A stretch of DNA of 63,015 bases, counting the filler, from Cercozoa sp. M6MM (lineage: Eukaryota; Protista; Endomyxa: Ascetosporea): NCBI GenBank assembly GCA_040357565.1. It is 10 parts of 10 records of this genome, joined end to end, with 100 filler letters (N's around TTAATTAATTAA, not from the genome) between each part and the next. Parts side by side here need not be neighbours in the genome. Positions count along the whole stretch, not along the records: positions 30,151 to 46,378 come from JBDODJ010000291.1; positions 46,479 to 51,358 come from JBDODJ010001029.1; 8 more parts are not named here. One strand, given 5' to 3'. This document shows, piece by piece, positions 38,110 to 49,686 of this stretch. The notes beneath the pieces were generated by a model that saw only the letters and a program-made list of their open reading frames with translations, was not told the origin of the DNA and made no database searches. Position numbers and translations under genes: made by a program. Numbering within the stretch: position 1 is the first letter of the stretch; each line of letters begins with the position of its first letter.

Positions 38110-38960
38110 ATGGCTTCGGAGCAGACCTACATCATGGTGCGTCGGCTTACTGGCTTTTTTGGAGTTTGAGCCCTTGCCCCAAGGCGTGTGGGCTGCAGTT
38201 CTGGAGAACTAACTATATGTTTGTTTCATCTATGCGACCCCGCTTGCTTCTTATGTTCGTGTTTTGTTTTTTTTCTTTTGTGATCTGTTCAGTTTTTTTT
38301 TCGGCTGTAACCTTGATTTGTTTGCAGATCAAGCCGGACGGCGTCCAGCGCGGTCTCATCGGCGAGATCATCGGCCGATTCGAGAAGAAGGGCTTCAAGG
38401 TACCAGATATAGATAGATACACTAGAATGCTCGTGCATGCCGGTGTGTTCTTTCTCCGCAGCTCGTCGCCATGAAGCTGGTGCACCCGACGAAGGAGTTC
38501 GCCGAGCAGCACTACGCTGACCTCGCCGACAAGCCGTTTTTCGGCGGTCTCACGGACTTCCTGTCGTCGGGCCCGGTGTGCGCCATGGTCTGGCAGGGCA
38601 AGGTGCGTCCCTTCTGCCCCCCCCCCCCCATCGCGCAACCATCCATTCTGTCACGTGCACCGTTGTCTTTATGTTGCATAGGGCGTCGTCAAGACGGGCC
38701 GCGTCATCATCGGCGAGACCAACCCGGCTGCCTCGCTCCCGGGCTCCATCCGTGGTGACTACGCCATCGACATCGGCCGCAACGGTATGCTCCGTTAGTC
38801 TGTTACTCCTCATGGTTACGATCTACTGTGCCTGGATGTGCGTGCAGTGATCCACGGCTCTGACGCTGTTGAGTCCGCCCAGAAGGAGATCGCCCTCTGG
38901 TTCAACGAGGACGAGCTCTGCACCTACACGCAGACGCGCGAACAGCACATCTACGAGTAA
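38110..38960 (+). CDS. NDK1: Nucleoside diphosphate kinase (group I)
   Basis: EQTYIM|[24 protein letters not shown]...[15 protein letters not shown]|VIHGSD, with four GT-AG introns. Confidence 0.98.
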
Positions 38961-39118
38961 GCCGTGCCAGGAATCGTCGCGGACTTTGCTTTCAGAAGTT
39001 TGCGCTAGTTACTTGGTGTAAAAGATAGATAACGATAGATAACGTGACAGTTGGGATCTCCTGTTTTGGGCCCGGTCCTCTTTGCACACCATTGGTCCTC
39101 TGCATGGCCATGTGGAGG

Positions 39119-40025
39119 CTAAATTCCGTCCGCGTGTGGCGGCAGCGGCATGTATTCGCAGTGATGGTGCACCAATGGCGGCGCGAGAAGGTCGTACGGA
39201 AAATGAAATGCACCTTCTTCGCCAAGCAATCCTCTTTCTCTTCGTGGTTTCCAATACGGGTTCGGAGCCGGGACCTCGATGCAGTCGTTCCGCACTACAT
39301 CATGACCCCGACGTTGTCGCTCACACTCCGTTTGTCGTTGCTTGCAAGTCATTTGGTACTCGCACCTGCTCAGCAGCACAGACAACTAAATTTTATCAAC
39401 GATAAGTGTGGTCAAATAGCATTGTAAACGTAATATACGCAGTGTGATGAATGTATCGCTTTCCAAACGGGTCCTCATAGTGCTTGCACTCGAGTTTCAC
39501 AATGTGCCTTCCGTGTGCTTGCTTGCGACACGTGCGCACGAACTCATCGCAGTCGTAGTACTCACAACGGTGCCACACATGTGTATGATCGTCGCCGATG
39601 TGGTGGACTGGCATTTGATATTCAAACTTCATGGAGTGACACAGTGACCCATTCACACTCACTGTGCTATTTCAAAGGAGATGGATGTACGGCTGGAATC
39701 TGTTGCTGGCCGTCGAAGCACATAAACACCGTGGTCGACACACTGGTTGCTTTTCACCCACAGGCCACGCGCACGTAGTTGACACAACCGGCGAAACTCT
39801 CCGCATGTGTGCACATGCTGAGCTTCACCGAGGTTTCTGTGCTCGGCACTGCCTGCGTATGGCGCGTCTGGCCGCATTTTTCTCCAGGCCTGTAATATGC
39901 CATCTTTTAGGTGAGTGCAGGAGTCATTTTCGCGTGAGTAATAAAATCACACATACTTGCTGTTGCTCTTCGGTCGCAAAATGACGTGTGTTATACGAAG
40001 CTGGTAACCCAATCGGCAAAGGCAT
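39119..40025 (-). CDS. Hypothetical His/Cys-rich protein with three internal repeats
   Basis: Three C-x6-C-x5-G-x7-C...CEY units. Start uncertain. Confidence 0.55.
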
Positions 40026-40303
40026 CGAAACAGTCAAACCTCCCTTTGTTCAACTGACAATAAACTGCGTTTACCGCACGTGCGAAATTGAGAAAGAAGG
40101 CTCAGAACGCTTGCCAAAAAACCTAACATGCCAGGACACAGGAGCAACGTGAGTTTAGTCTCGAATCACTCGTGTGTCAACCAGCTGTTCCCGCTACAGA
40201 CCCTGTATTTTTCTTGCTATGAACTCCGCGGGGATATGAACAAAAACTAAGATAGAGCTAGTTTAAGCGTAGACTGAGAGATACTGAACGAGATAGACTG
40301 GTT

Positions 40304-41576
40304 ATGGAACAGAAGGCAAAAGATATCATAGAGCGCGAGGAGCAAGCCATGATGGTGACTTTCACATTCGTTGGGGAAGGTGTCTTCAAGTGGTGTCGTG
40401 TTGTTGATGCAGGCATCTTCGTTGTCTGCAACCCTCGTGCAGCTAAAACGACTGGGCAGAAAGGCGCCTGCAGATTTTTCGGCCCTTGGAACTTGGTACT
40501 ACGGCAAATACTTACAACTTACATTTTGCACGAAAAGTGGATTGTTGTGCTGCCGTTAACTTTGCTCCAGGGCATGCGGACACGAGCAGGCAGCCATGAA
40601 TCCAGAAATTCTCAAACGAAGATTCCTGCTGATGGAAACGCAGGAAAACCGTGCTCCCAGTGGCAGCGAGACTCTCAAATTGCGACATACGCTGAACTCC
40701 GACGAACAGAGCCCATTGGGAGGTCTTCACCCAGTGCTCTCTCTGGCTGCGAAACGGAGAGCCTTATCGAAGACTTTTGATGGCATGCCTGACACAGACC
40801 GACTTAGTGTGAGAATGCTAAGCAAAGCCGAACTTGAGGAGCTGAAGTACGCTTACGCAGAGCGGCTGCGCTTGCGAAACGCACGCAAGACCGGCATATG
40901 CGGGACGCGTGAGTCCATTGTGTTTGACGTTTTCGATGAGCTTATGCGGCAAACCACGTTGTTGGCTCCGGACCGAGTATTGTTCAGTACTTTTAAGTTT
41001 AGGTTGAAACAACGAAGATCCACGAGTGCCCTGCACAGGGTCTCCTTTTGCGTCGAATCAAAGATGAAATGCTTCACACTATTCATGCCTACGATGACTG
41101 CAGTCAAAAAATCACAAAGTTTGGAGACGAAAGGGCGGAAGAAGTGAGTTTCCTCTCAATACCCTTCAGTTTTATTCCGTTGCGGCATTTCCCTAACGAA
41201 AGTGTCTCCACAGGTAAAAGCCCGCATCCAAGCACGAGCACACGAGCTTCAGAGAGCAGAAGCGATTGTAAAAGATCTAAAGGTACCGACAGAACATGCT
41301 TGTTTTTGCTGTAAGTTTAACTTCCATTTATTTAAGTTTAAATGACCAGGAACGGGTTGCCGCTGCAGAAGCGGATCAGATTGCCATCCTAGCCAAGTTA
41401 CGTGTACGCTACTCCAACACTACCAATTTTACGCCATGATATCCCAAAATTATCGGGTGTAGAGCGGGGAAGAAGAAACTGCCCTCGAACTGCGCCGAGT
41501 CAATGATAAAATACGCTCAGAGATTCGAGCTGCGAAAAAAACATACCGAGAGATGCATATCGCTGCTAGCATGTGA
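40304..41576 (+). CDS. Axonemal dynein light intermediate chain p28/DNALI1-family protein
   Basis: RLRLRNARKTGICGTRESIVFDVFDELMRQTTLLAPDR|GLLLRRIKDEMLHTIHAY matches the p28 core (ARETGICPVR...FDELIRQVT...RGLLLLRVRDE). Confidence 0.85.
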
Positions 41577-41954
41577 AAATAGGCGGTAGAACTACATATC
41601 ATTGTGACCATATACGCTTTAAGCACATTAACACTGTAAATTGCGAATTCTATGAGTTTTTTTACCGGTGTGCACAACTGAAATAAACTCAAAATTGTGT
41701 TTTTTCCCACAGAGAGTTTTTTGTGGATTTCTTCGCATATGCAGTGTTAGCGTACATTTTAGCACTGGAGCAGCTACCTCAATAACGCAAAAGTTATATA
41801 GCAGACTGGTAGAGCATAAAATGCAGTGTAGATACTTTTTTGGCAATATGGTGGCACACTCGGCAACTTTCCCGGCTCAGGAGTGCGCCTCTGCCGCTGT
41901 GTGGCAGGGTGGGCCCCACTCAAGAGTTTTTCTCTCTGTTCCGAGATAAGTGAA

Positions 41955-42528
41955 ATGCCAGCTAAGAAGTCAGCCTCGAAGAAGGCCTCGGCCTCGCCTC
42001 CCAAGTATGCTAACTCTGGCGTTGCTCTGGCGTTGTGGCGTTGTGTGTGTGTGTGTCTGTTTGTGTGTCTGTGTGTGTGGCGGATGAGACAAGTTATGTT
42101 TTGTCTGCAGGTACATTGACATGGTCGTGATGGCCATCAAGGAGGCACGTGACTTTACGCGCGGTGCCTCGCGTGCCAAGATCGCCTCGTGGATCAAATC
42201 GAACTACCCGCAGTGCGACACGGGCGCGTTCAACACGGCGCTCCGCAACGCGCTCAACAAGGGCATCGAGGACGGCGTGCTCGCGCAGGGCGAGACGTCG
42301 CAGCGCTTCAAGCACGTGCCGGCCGCCCTGAAGGCCGCCGAGAAGACGCCCAAGAAGAAGGCGGCCGCCAAGAAGACGCCTGCCAAGAAGACGCCTTCCA
42401 AGAAGGGCAAGAAGTCTTCCGCTGCCAAGAAGACGCCTTCCAAGAAGGGCAAGGGCAAGAAGGCGGCCACCAAGAAGCCTTCTGCCAAGAAGACCCCCGC
42501 CAAGAAGGGCAAGAAGGCCAAGAAGTAA
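41955..42528 (+). CDS. Linker histone H1 with globular (H15) domain
   Basis: PPK|YIDMVVMAIKEARDFTRGASRAKIASWIKSNY...ALRNALNKGIEDGVLAQ...RFK, followed by a K/A/P tail with TPSKK repeats. One intron. Confidence 0.93.
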
Positions 42529-43017
42529 ACTCCTTGCAGCGACCCTTCGCCAACAACGCTTCCAAGCAACACACAAGTCGGCAGCAACGCACGCTGCTCG
42601 GCTCGTGCAATTTCCGGTGTAATAAATACACCACCAAACCGTAATAAATCCTCGTGTACTAAATACGCCTCATGCAACAAGAATACTACCCCACCAAACC
42701 CCATTTCCTGCATTCCTATCGAGCGGATAAAACAGCCCATAGTCACAGATGCCGACGCCTGCGACGCTTCTCTACTTGGAGTCCGCTACCTGCACCAACC
42801 ATGAAGTCGACTTCGGTACCATGAGTTGTGGTACCCTAAGCGAGCGGTAGACACGGCCATGCTCTTGTGACCCACTCCAGACTGACTGGTGCAGGGGAAC
42901 TACATAATTGGTTTTCTAGAAGACTCAACTAACTAACTATTAACGATTCAGCAAACAAGTTCCTCAGGATGGTGCAGGGAAACTACACAGTTGGTAGAGC
43001 AAACTAACTACTGCTCG

Positions 43018-43300
43018 TTAAAATTCGGAGCGGCACGTGGGGCACGTGGACTTGCCAGCACTCTTGAACCACTGCAAGGCACACACACAACAAATGAACC
43101 ACACAAGTGAAGCAAAACAGAAGAAAAGCGAACGCACCTTGTAGAGACACTCAGGATGGAAGATGTTGCGGCATGTGCGACACTTCTTGGACGGCAGCGA
43201 GCCCGAGGCGGCGTGCACGACAAAGTAACAGATCGGGCACTCCTCGACGCCGGCGAACGTGGCGCCCACCGCCTGCCGCCAGCGCTGCAGTGCGTCGCTC

Positions 43301-43351
<51 letters not shown>

Positions 43352-43361
43352 NNNNNNNNNN

Positions 43362-43420
<59 letters not shown>

Positions 43421-46378
43421 GGTGTCAGGTACAGACAGAAACACAGGAAGGAGGGCTAGGGTGGTACCGCTGCCGCAGTGACGGTTGAGAGTGGCCACCA
43501 CGTGCAGCACCCACTGGCGCTGCATCTTGCGCGAGGCGCCCGAGCATTGCGAGGCGTCCATGTTGACGTCGGCACTCTGCCCAGTCCAATTCAGTTCAGT
43601 CCAGTCCAATCCAATCCAGTCCAGTCCAGTCCAGTCCAGTCCAATTCAGTCCAGTCCAGTCCAGTTTAGTACAGTGGTGGAAGGAGGGGGAGGCTACCTG
43701 CAGTGGGTAGTCACGTGGCAGCTTGACACGCATCACCAGTTTGATCTCGCTGTCCACGCGTTCCAGCACGGCCTTGAGTTCGCGTCGCTCGCGCGAGCCC
43801 GTCACTGTGAAGCTCTCCTCACCATCATCTGCACACGTGCCACAGCGACCAACGATCAATGATCGATCACACGCGCCCCAGTGAGTGACCCGCCCCAGTG
43901 ACCAAGCTACCAACACGTGTGCGTGCGGTGCGGATCTCGTGCGACCCGACGACGGCGGCAAAGTCACGCGTCACCAGTCGGTGCGTGGCATCGCTCATCA
44001 CTCGCTCCGACAGCGACATCCACCTACGGGGGGGGGGGGGGATAGGAAGGTAGGGGTAAGGGAGGTGTGTGCGTGTGGGCAAAGTACCAGGCACGTACGA
44101 GACCCGGCAGCAGCGTGAGTAACTGTGCCATGACACGTGTGGCCACCTGGTCCAGTTGGCACGTGTCACTGACGGTGTCGGTGACACTGACGGGGTCACT
44201 CAAGGCCTCGGCACTCACACCGGCGTGCCGCAGTCGAGTGACGCACGTGCGCAGCACCGTGTCCAGCAGTGCAAAGTGACGTTTCCTACATACATATACA
44301 CATCCCTATATACATAGACACATCATACATACATACATACATACATACATNNNNNNNNNNACATACATACATACATACATACATACATACATACATACAT
44401 ACATACACATACACATACATACATACACACACATACATGCATACATACATACACATACATACACATATAGATGCATACACCAACACCCATAGTCACACCA
44501 ACATAGACACACATACACACACACACACATACATACGAGATACGTAGCAGGCACCTGAGCGCGCGGACGAGCGGCGCGCGTCGCTCGGCCTCGCAGGCGC
44601 TCAGCGCGGCCAGCAGCGCGTGCCACGCCAGCACTCGCGGCCGCGCCAGCAGCGGCAGCAGGCAAGCCGGCACGCCGCCGCTCTCCTCCTGCACGGTCCG
44701 ACTGGCGCCGTCAGTGGCACCGTCACTACCGTCACTGAGACTGCGCTCAGTCAGCACGTGCTCCAGTGATCGCACCGTGGCCGACACCGTCGCCACACGG
44801 AGTGATCGATCGACCGCACCGTCCAGCAGTGGTATCAGCACTGGCAGTGCCACGTGTCGCCGCTCGCTCACCTGCCTCAGCGCGTGCGACAAGGCACGTG
44901 CCAACTCACTGTGGTCACCGTCACTGCGATCACTGTGGTCACCGTCACTGCGATCACTGTGGTCACCGTCACCGCGATCACTGCTGTCTGTGATCAGCAC
45001 GCGCTGCACCGACTCGCGTCGCAGGAAGTCGCACACCGCCTCGCATAGCACCTCGTCCTCCTCGCTGCGTGTGTACACACATCCGCGCGGAGACCGAAAA
45101 TACCAAAAACAAAACAAAAAGAAAAACAACAACAACAACAACAACAAAAAAACAACAAAAAAACAACAACAACAACAACAAAACAACAAAAAAAAAACAA
45201 GAGCGTACGCCGGGTCGTCGCGCGTGTGCAGCAGCAGCGCCGTCGCCAGTCGCAGCGCCGCCTCCCACTGCGCCGCGTCGCACTCTGCGCACATACAGAG
45301 GTCCGCGCGGACAGGCCCACATGCGCATCCGCGCGTACCGTGACGCAGCCCGGCGGAGGCAAAGTCGCGCGCCGCATCGACCAGCACGCCGTGCCGCTCG
45401 TCGTCCTCGTCGCCGCTCACTGCGTCCGCGCGGACACACGCAAATACCAAAAAATGACAACCTCGTACAAATGGACCGGTTGCGTATACCGTGGTACAGC
45501 GAGATCAACTGTGCGATCAACAGGTTGCGCGCTGCCTGTGCAAGACGGGGTAAACAGGGGGGACAGGAGGGGGTAAAGAGAGGTAAATAGGGAGAGAGGG
45601 GAAGTAAACAGGGAGGTAAACAGGGGGGGGGGGGTAAATAGGGGGGTAAAAGACCGGCTGTAGATCGAGTGCCCGACGCAGCGCGGCGTCGCTCAGCGCA
45701 CGTGTGACGGTGTGCAGCGTGTTGTGCGCCGCCAGTGCCGCCGTGTCGCGCAGTTCCTCCTCACCGTCAGTGACACCGTCAGTGACACCATCGCGATCAG
45801 TGTCGCGATCACTCAAACACACGTGACGGTACAGCACAGCGATCAGTGCTGCCACGGCACGCAGTGACGGTGCTGCACACACACACGTGCACACACACAC
45901 ACGTGCACACACACACGTGCATACACACGTGCACACAGAGTGATACTCAGTCAGCGAAACTACCGGCAGCAACCGTCGCAAAGTGCTGCTCCAGCAGGTA
46001 GAACAGGTGCCTGTCACGAGGGTGTAAACCAGGGGGAGAGAGGGGGATTAAACAGGGGGGGGGGTAAGACGGGGTACAGGAACAGCGCCGACAAGAGATC
46101 ACTCGACACAGCGTCACACGCCTGCACCGGCGACAGCAGCACCGTCACCACCGAGGCGAAGACTGCACACACACACTCACACATATTGGGACACGTGCCA
46201 AGTGACACTGCAGACACGTGCCAAGTGACACCGACACAGTGGACCACACACACACACACACACACACATGCGCGCTACCTGCCTCGTGGGCGGCACCGTT
46301 GGCGTCACCGTCGCCGTAGCTCGTGTCAGTCACACCGTCGGTATCATCAGTGACACCGTCGGTATCATCAGTGACACC
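43018..46378 (-). CDS. LTN1: E3 ubiquitin ligase listerin, 3' part
   Basis: RWD-like region (VKLPRDYPLQ) and the C-terminal RING FAGVEECPICYFVVHAASGSLPSKKCRTCRNIFHPECLYK|WFKSAGKSTCPTCRSEF*. Confidence 0.93.
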
Positions 46379-46478
46379 NNNNNNNNNNNNNNNNNNNNNN
46401 NNNNNNNNNNNNNNNNNNNNNNTTAATTAATTAANNNNNNNNNNNNNNNNNNNNNNNNNNNNNNNNNNNNNNNNNNNN

Positions 46479-46527
<49 letters not shown>

Positions 46528-46529
<2 letters not shown>

Positions 46530-46939
46530 TCCTGGACTGTAACGATGAGAACACCTCCAGGGAGAAAATAGTACCGGAGTTGAAGGCTGTCGGCACTGCT
46601 TGGAATCCTGTCCGCAGTTTTGAGTTTAATTTGAAACGAAGTTGTCAGGAGTTGAATTTACTTACCCAAAGCCTGCTCCATCAGTCTCGAAACAAGTTCA
46701 ACGGTAATGTCTTGAGTCAACCACAATCCGGTTGCCCCAATCCGTAACTGTTCACTGGCCGAGAGCCATGTGAATGATTGAAAACTGTAATAAATTTATA
46801 CTGGCAGTTTTACTTGAATATTGTTGTTGACGGGAAACAACGACTCTCGCTTGAGAGCACTCGGAAAATCGTCGCATGTCTCGCTTCGCACCAAGTTGAT
46901 GAGTCCAATTGCGAAGCAAAGTAAACTTAGATTGATCAT
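46528..46939 (-). CDS. 5' end of a secreted or receptor-like protein with a possible periplasmic-binding-protein (OpuAC-like) domain
   Basis: Signal peptide MINLSLLCFAIGLINLVRS, then LRIGATGLWLTQDITVELVSRLMEQAL|GFQAV. Truncated. Confidence 0.4.
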
Positions 46940-47435
46940 GATGCAACGCGTCGCTTTCAAACCGAACGTCTCTGCCGGGCAAAAAACAGAGACCTTCAGG
47001 TCGCGTAGTGGCGCAACGAGTCAAGTCCGGACAGCAGATCTGACCTACTCCAACCCTTGACGCCTCTAGACGTTGTCCCAGCTTCGAGTTACTGTACAGG
47101 TGACAAGTCGGCATCTGCAGCTGACATTTTGCTTCATCAGCATCCGCGCGGAGGAATCAGTCAGTCAATCTCGCTCACGCGTCACGATCCATACGCTTTT
47201 TCAGTAGCCAGTCGGATGTACTGAGCTTATAATTAAGCGTTCTGTACCGTGACGCCGGCACGGTGAGAGGAGTCCGTGATGCAAATTTTCAGAAAGCTGC
47301 AGTACCTGTCCGGACTTTGTTATGGGGCAGAATGGAAGCAATGAGGCAGGTAGAAGAAACACTGCACACCTACTGCACCACTGACTGACAGAATGCGAGG
47401 AGTCAAGCCAACTGAGCCGAGACGGCGAAACGCCA

Positions 47436-47980
47436 ATGACTAAATTTACTCCGACTCTCTGCCCGCCACATGTTTGGCGAGAACAAGTATCTCTCTCTTT
47501 TCTTTGCTCGTGTGTGCTACCATTGCTGTATTCAGGGCCAAAGGCAAGAAAAGTCAAGCCCTGCTCCTGGGCTGGCCAAGAACATGACCGAGGCGCGGAT
47601 CTTCCTGTTTTTGGAGGTGCGACCGACGGGTCTTCCTTATCTGGCAAGCACTTTCCACAATCAGAGTTCCATATGAGGAAGAACTCCTACGCTATGAAAT
47701 GAAAGTACATCTGCCTTTACCCCACTCTTGTTTTACCTCTCGTTTTACCTCCTCCTTGGTTTACCCCCCCCCCCCCCTGTCGGCCTAGCCACTGCAGTGT
47801 CGCGTCCGACCTCATCCTGACTGACGTCTTCCAGGTACTCTTGGACTGCTGTACAAAACTGTACTGGATTGGATTGGACTGGACTGGACGGACTGGACTG
47901 GACTGGACTGAATATGTGTGTGGCTGCAGTATCTCGTGGAAGGCAACGAATTCGAGCAGTTCGAACTCCGTCGCCGATAG
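47436..47980 (+). CDS. Hypothetical gene or pseudogene; 3' exons only resolved
   Basis: RVFLIWQALSTIRVPYEEELLRYEMN|HCSVASDLILTDVFQ|YLVEGNEFEQFELRRR*. Upstream frames do not join cleanly. Confidence 0.35.
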
Positions 47981-48685
47981 GAGATGCAGGCAGAGTGTGC
48001 GCCCTCTTATTACCCCTCCCTCGCCCCTCTCTCACCCTCGTGCCTGGTTACCCTTCCTGTCTGTGTCTGCGCAGTTGCGCTTCCCTTGCAGATATTCGAA
48101 ATCTCGACCGTAAACTACGCCATGCCCGGGGTCGATATAAACCTGAACCTTCGAAAACAGAAGTTCCAGGTTCAGAAATTTGTCTCAGCGACGGCGACAT
48201 TGAGACCAAGTGTCTGCTTTCGGTCTGGTAACACGACTCTCGGACGCAAGACACCACACACGCGCACACGACGATCAGTGCGACCACTTCTTCGCGTGCA
48301 CGTAGTGATTGATACAACTACGGGTACCCGACGCTTCAGCGCCAACTAAACTTAGGTTTGGGTTTCGCATTCGAGTTGGTGACAAAGGCCGGGCCGCCAT
48401 CTCGTTTTTCCAGGATGACAAAGCTGACATTCTCCTTCTCACTGAGGTCTTACCGGGGATCAGGGTTTGGCAATAGATCATGCTGTACGTAACACCGAAT
48501 CGACACGAATGAAATTACCCATCGGCCGGTACTGCCGTGTAGGTATCGACGAAAATATCCGTTTCCGTAAGACAATTTCCCGTTCTTTTACGCGAAATAA
48601 ACCTCCGCTCGGAAGTCGGAAATTACCAAATTCGGTAACCGAACGACAAACCCTTTGTTCTCGGGTAATGAAAACGTACGGTAAG

Positions 48686-49525
48686 TTACTGGTTGTCGCG
48701 GAGGAAAGCGGCGTGCCACGCGACGACCTGCTCGACGTTGCGCTCAAGGTCTTCGGGCACGTCACTCTGCAGCGGCTGCACAGCGCACATGCCTTCGTAG
48801 TGCGTCTTGGCCTCCTCAAGGCAGACGCCCATGATCTCGCAGTCCAAGTTCTCTTCGATCTTCTTGGCCGTGTACCCTCTGCGCAAACCACAAGAGTCAA
48901 AAGTTAACTCATATCTCGTCAAGTCAAGTCACAAGTCAAGTCAAGTCAAGTCAAGTCAAGCCAAAAGCAAAAAAAACTCAAATGGACTCAAAGCAACTCA
49001 ATAAACTCAAGTCAGTCCAGATAGACTAAGTCAGATCGAAAGCAAGGCACCTGTTGCGCAGGCGCGGCACGAGGTTGCTGTTGTCGGTGCGCAGCACGAG
49101 CACCAGATCGAACCACTCGTTGGGAAAAACGTCGGCCGAGTGAAAATCGACGATCATGCCGCCCTGCTCGATGAGCGGCCGCAGGTGACTCACAACACGG
49201 TCATCGTCGAGAATGTAGGTGTCCCACTCGGCGTCGTGCCCCTCGTGCAGATCCTGCTGCTTCACGATCTGACTGATGTTGAGGTGAGTCAACTGCAACC
49301 GATCGGCCAGCTCGCCGGCCAGCGTGGTTTTTCCACAGCCTGGAGTGCCAGTCAGGAGGATGTTCGGCTTCCTCTACACAAAAGCATACAGCTGCTCAAC
49401 CCAGAGATTCTGTCGATCAAATCCGATTGGAGAAACGCGCAAACTTAAGTGACACATTGGCAGGAGAAGGAATCAAATCGAACTGTCCTCCGCGCAGCAC
49501 ACGCAATAACACACAGCTGTACCAT
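48686..49525 (-). CDS. AK6: Adenylate kinase 6 / Fap7
   Basis: M|RKPNILLTGTPGCGKTT...GGMIVDFHSADVFPNEWFDLVLVLRTDN...R|GYTAKKIEENLDCEI. Confidence 0.95.
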
Positions 49526-49686
49526 TTTAACGGCCTAGGGATCTGTTTGAATCGAATACTGGGACATAGGTGGATGTTTTATCTTTCTGATCAGCGCTCC
49601 TGCATGTCACCCAATCGCGCTGCTCCGCGGGTTTAGGACGCATAAGAGCACGCTTTGAAGACAGAACTAGCAAGTGCACGTGTCTG

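Noticed and set aside
47385-47600. In-frame TGAs as stop-codon reassignment or selenocysteine
   Set aside because: All well-conserved genes here use TGG for Trp and end in TAA, TAG or TGA without internal stops. This locus is better explained as unresolved splicing or decay.
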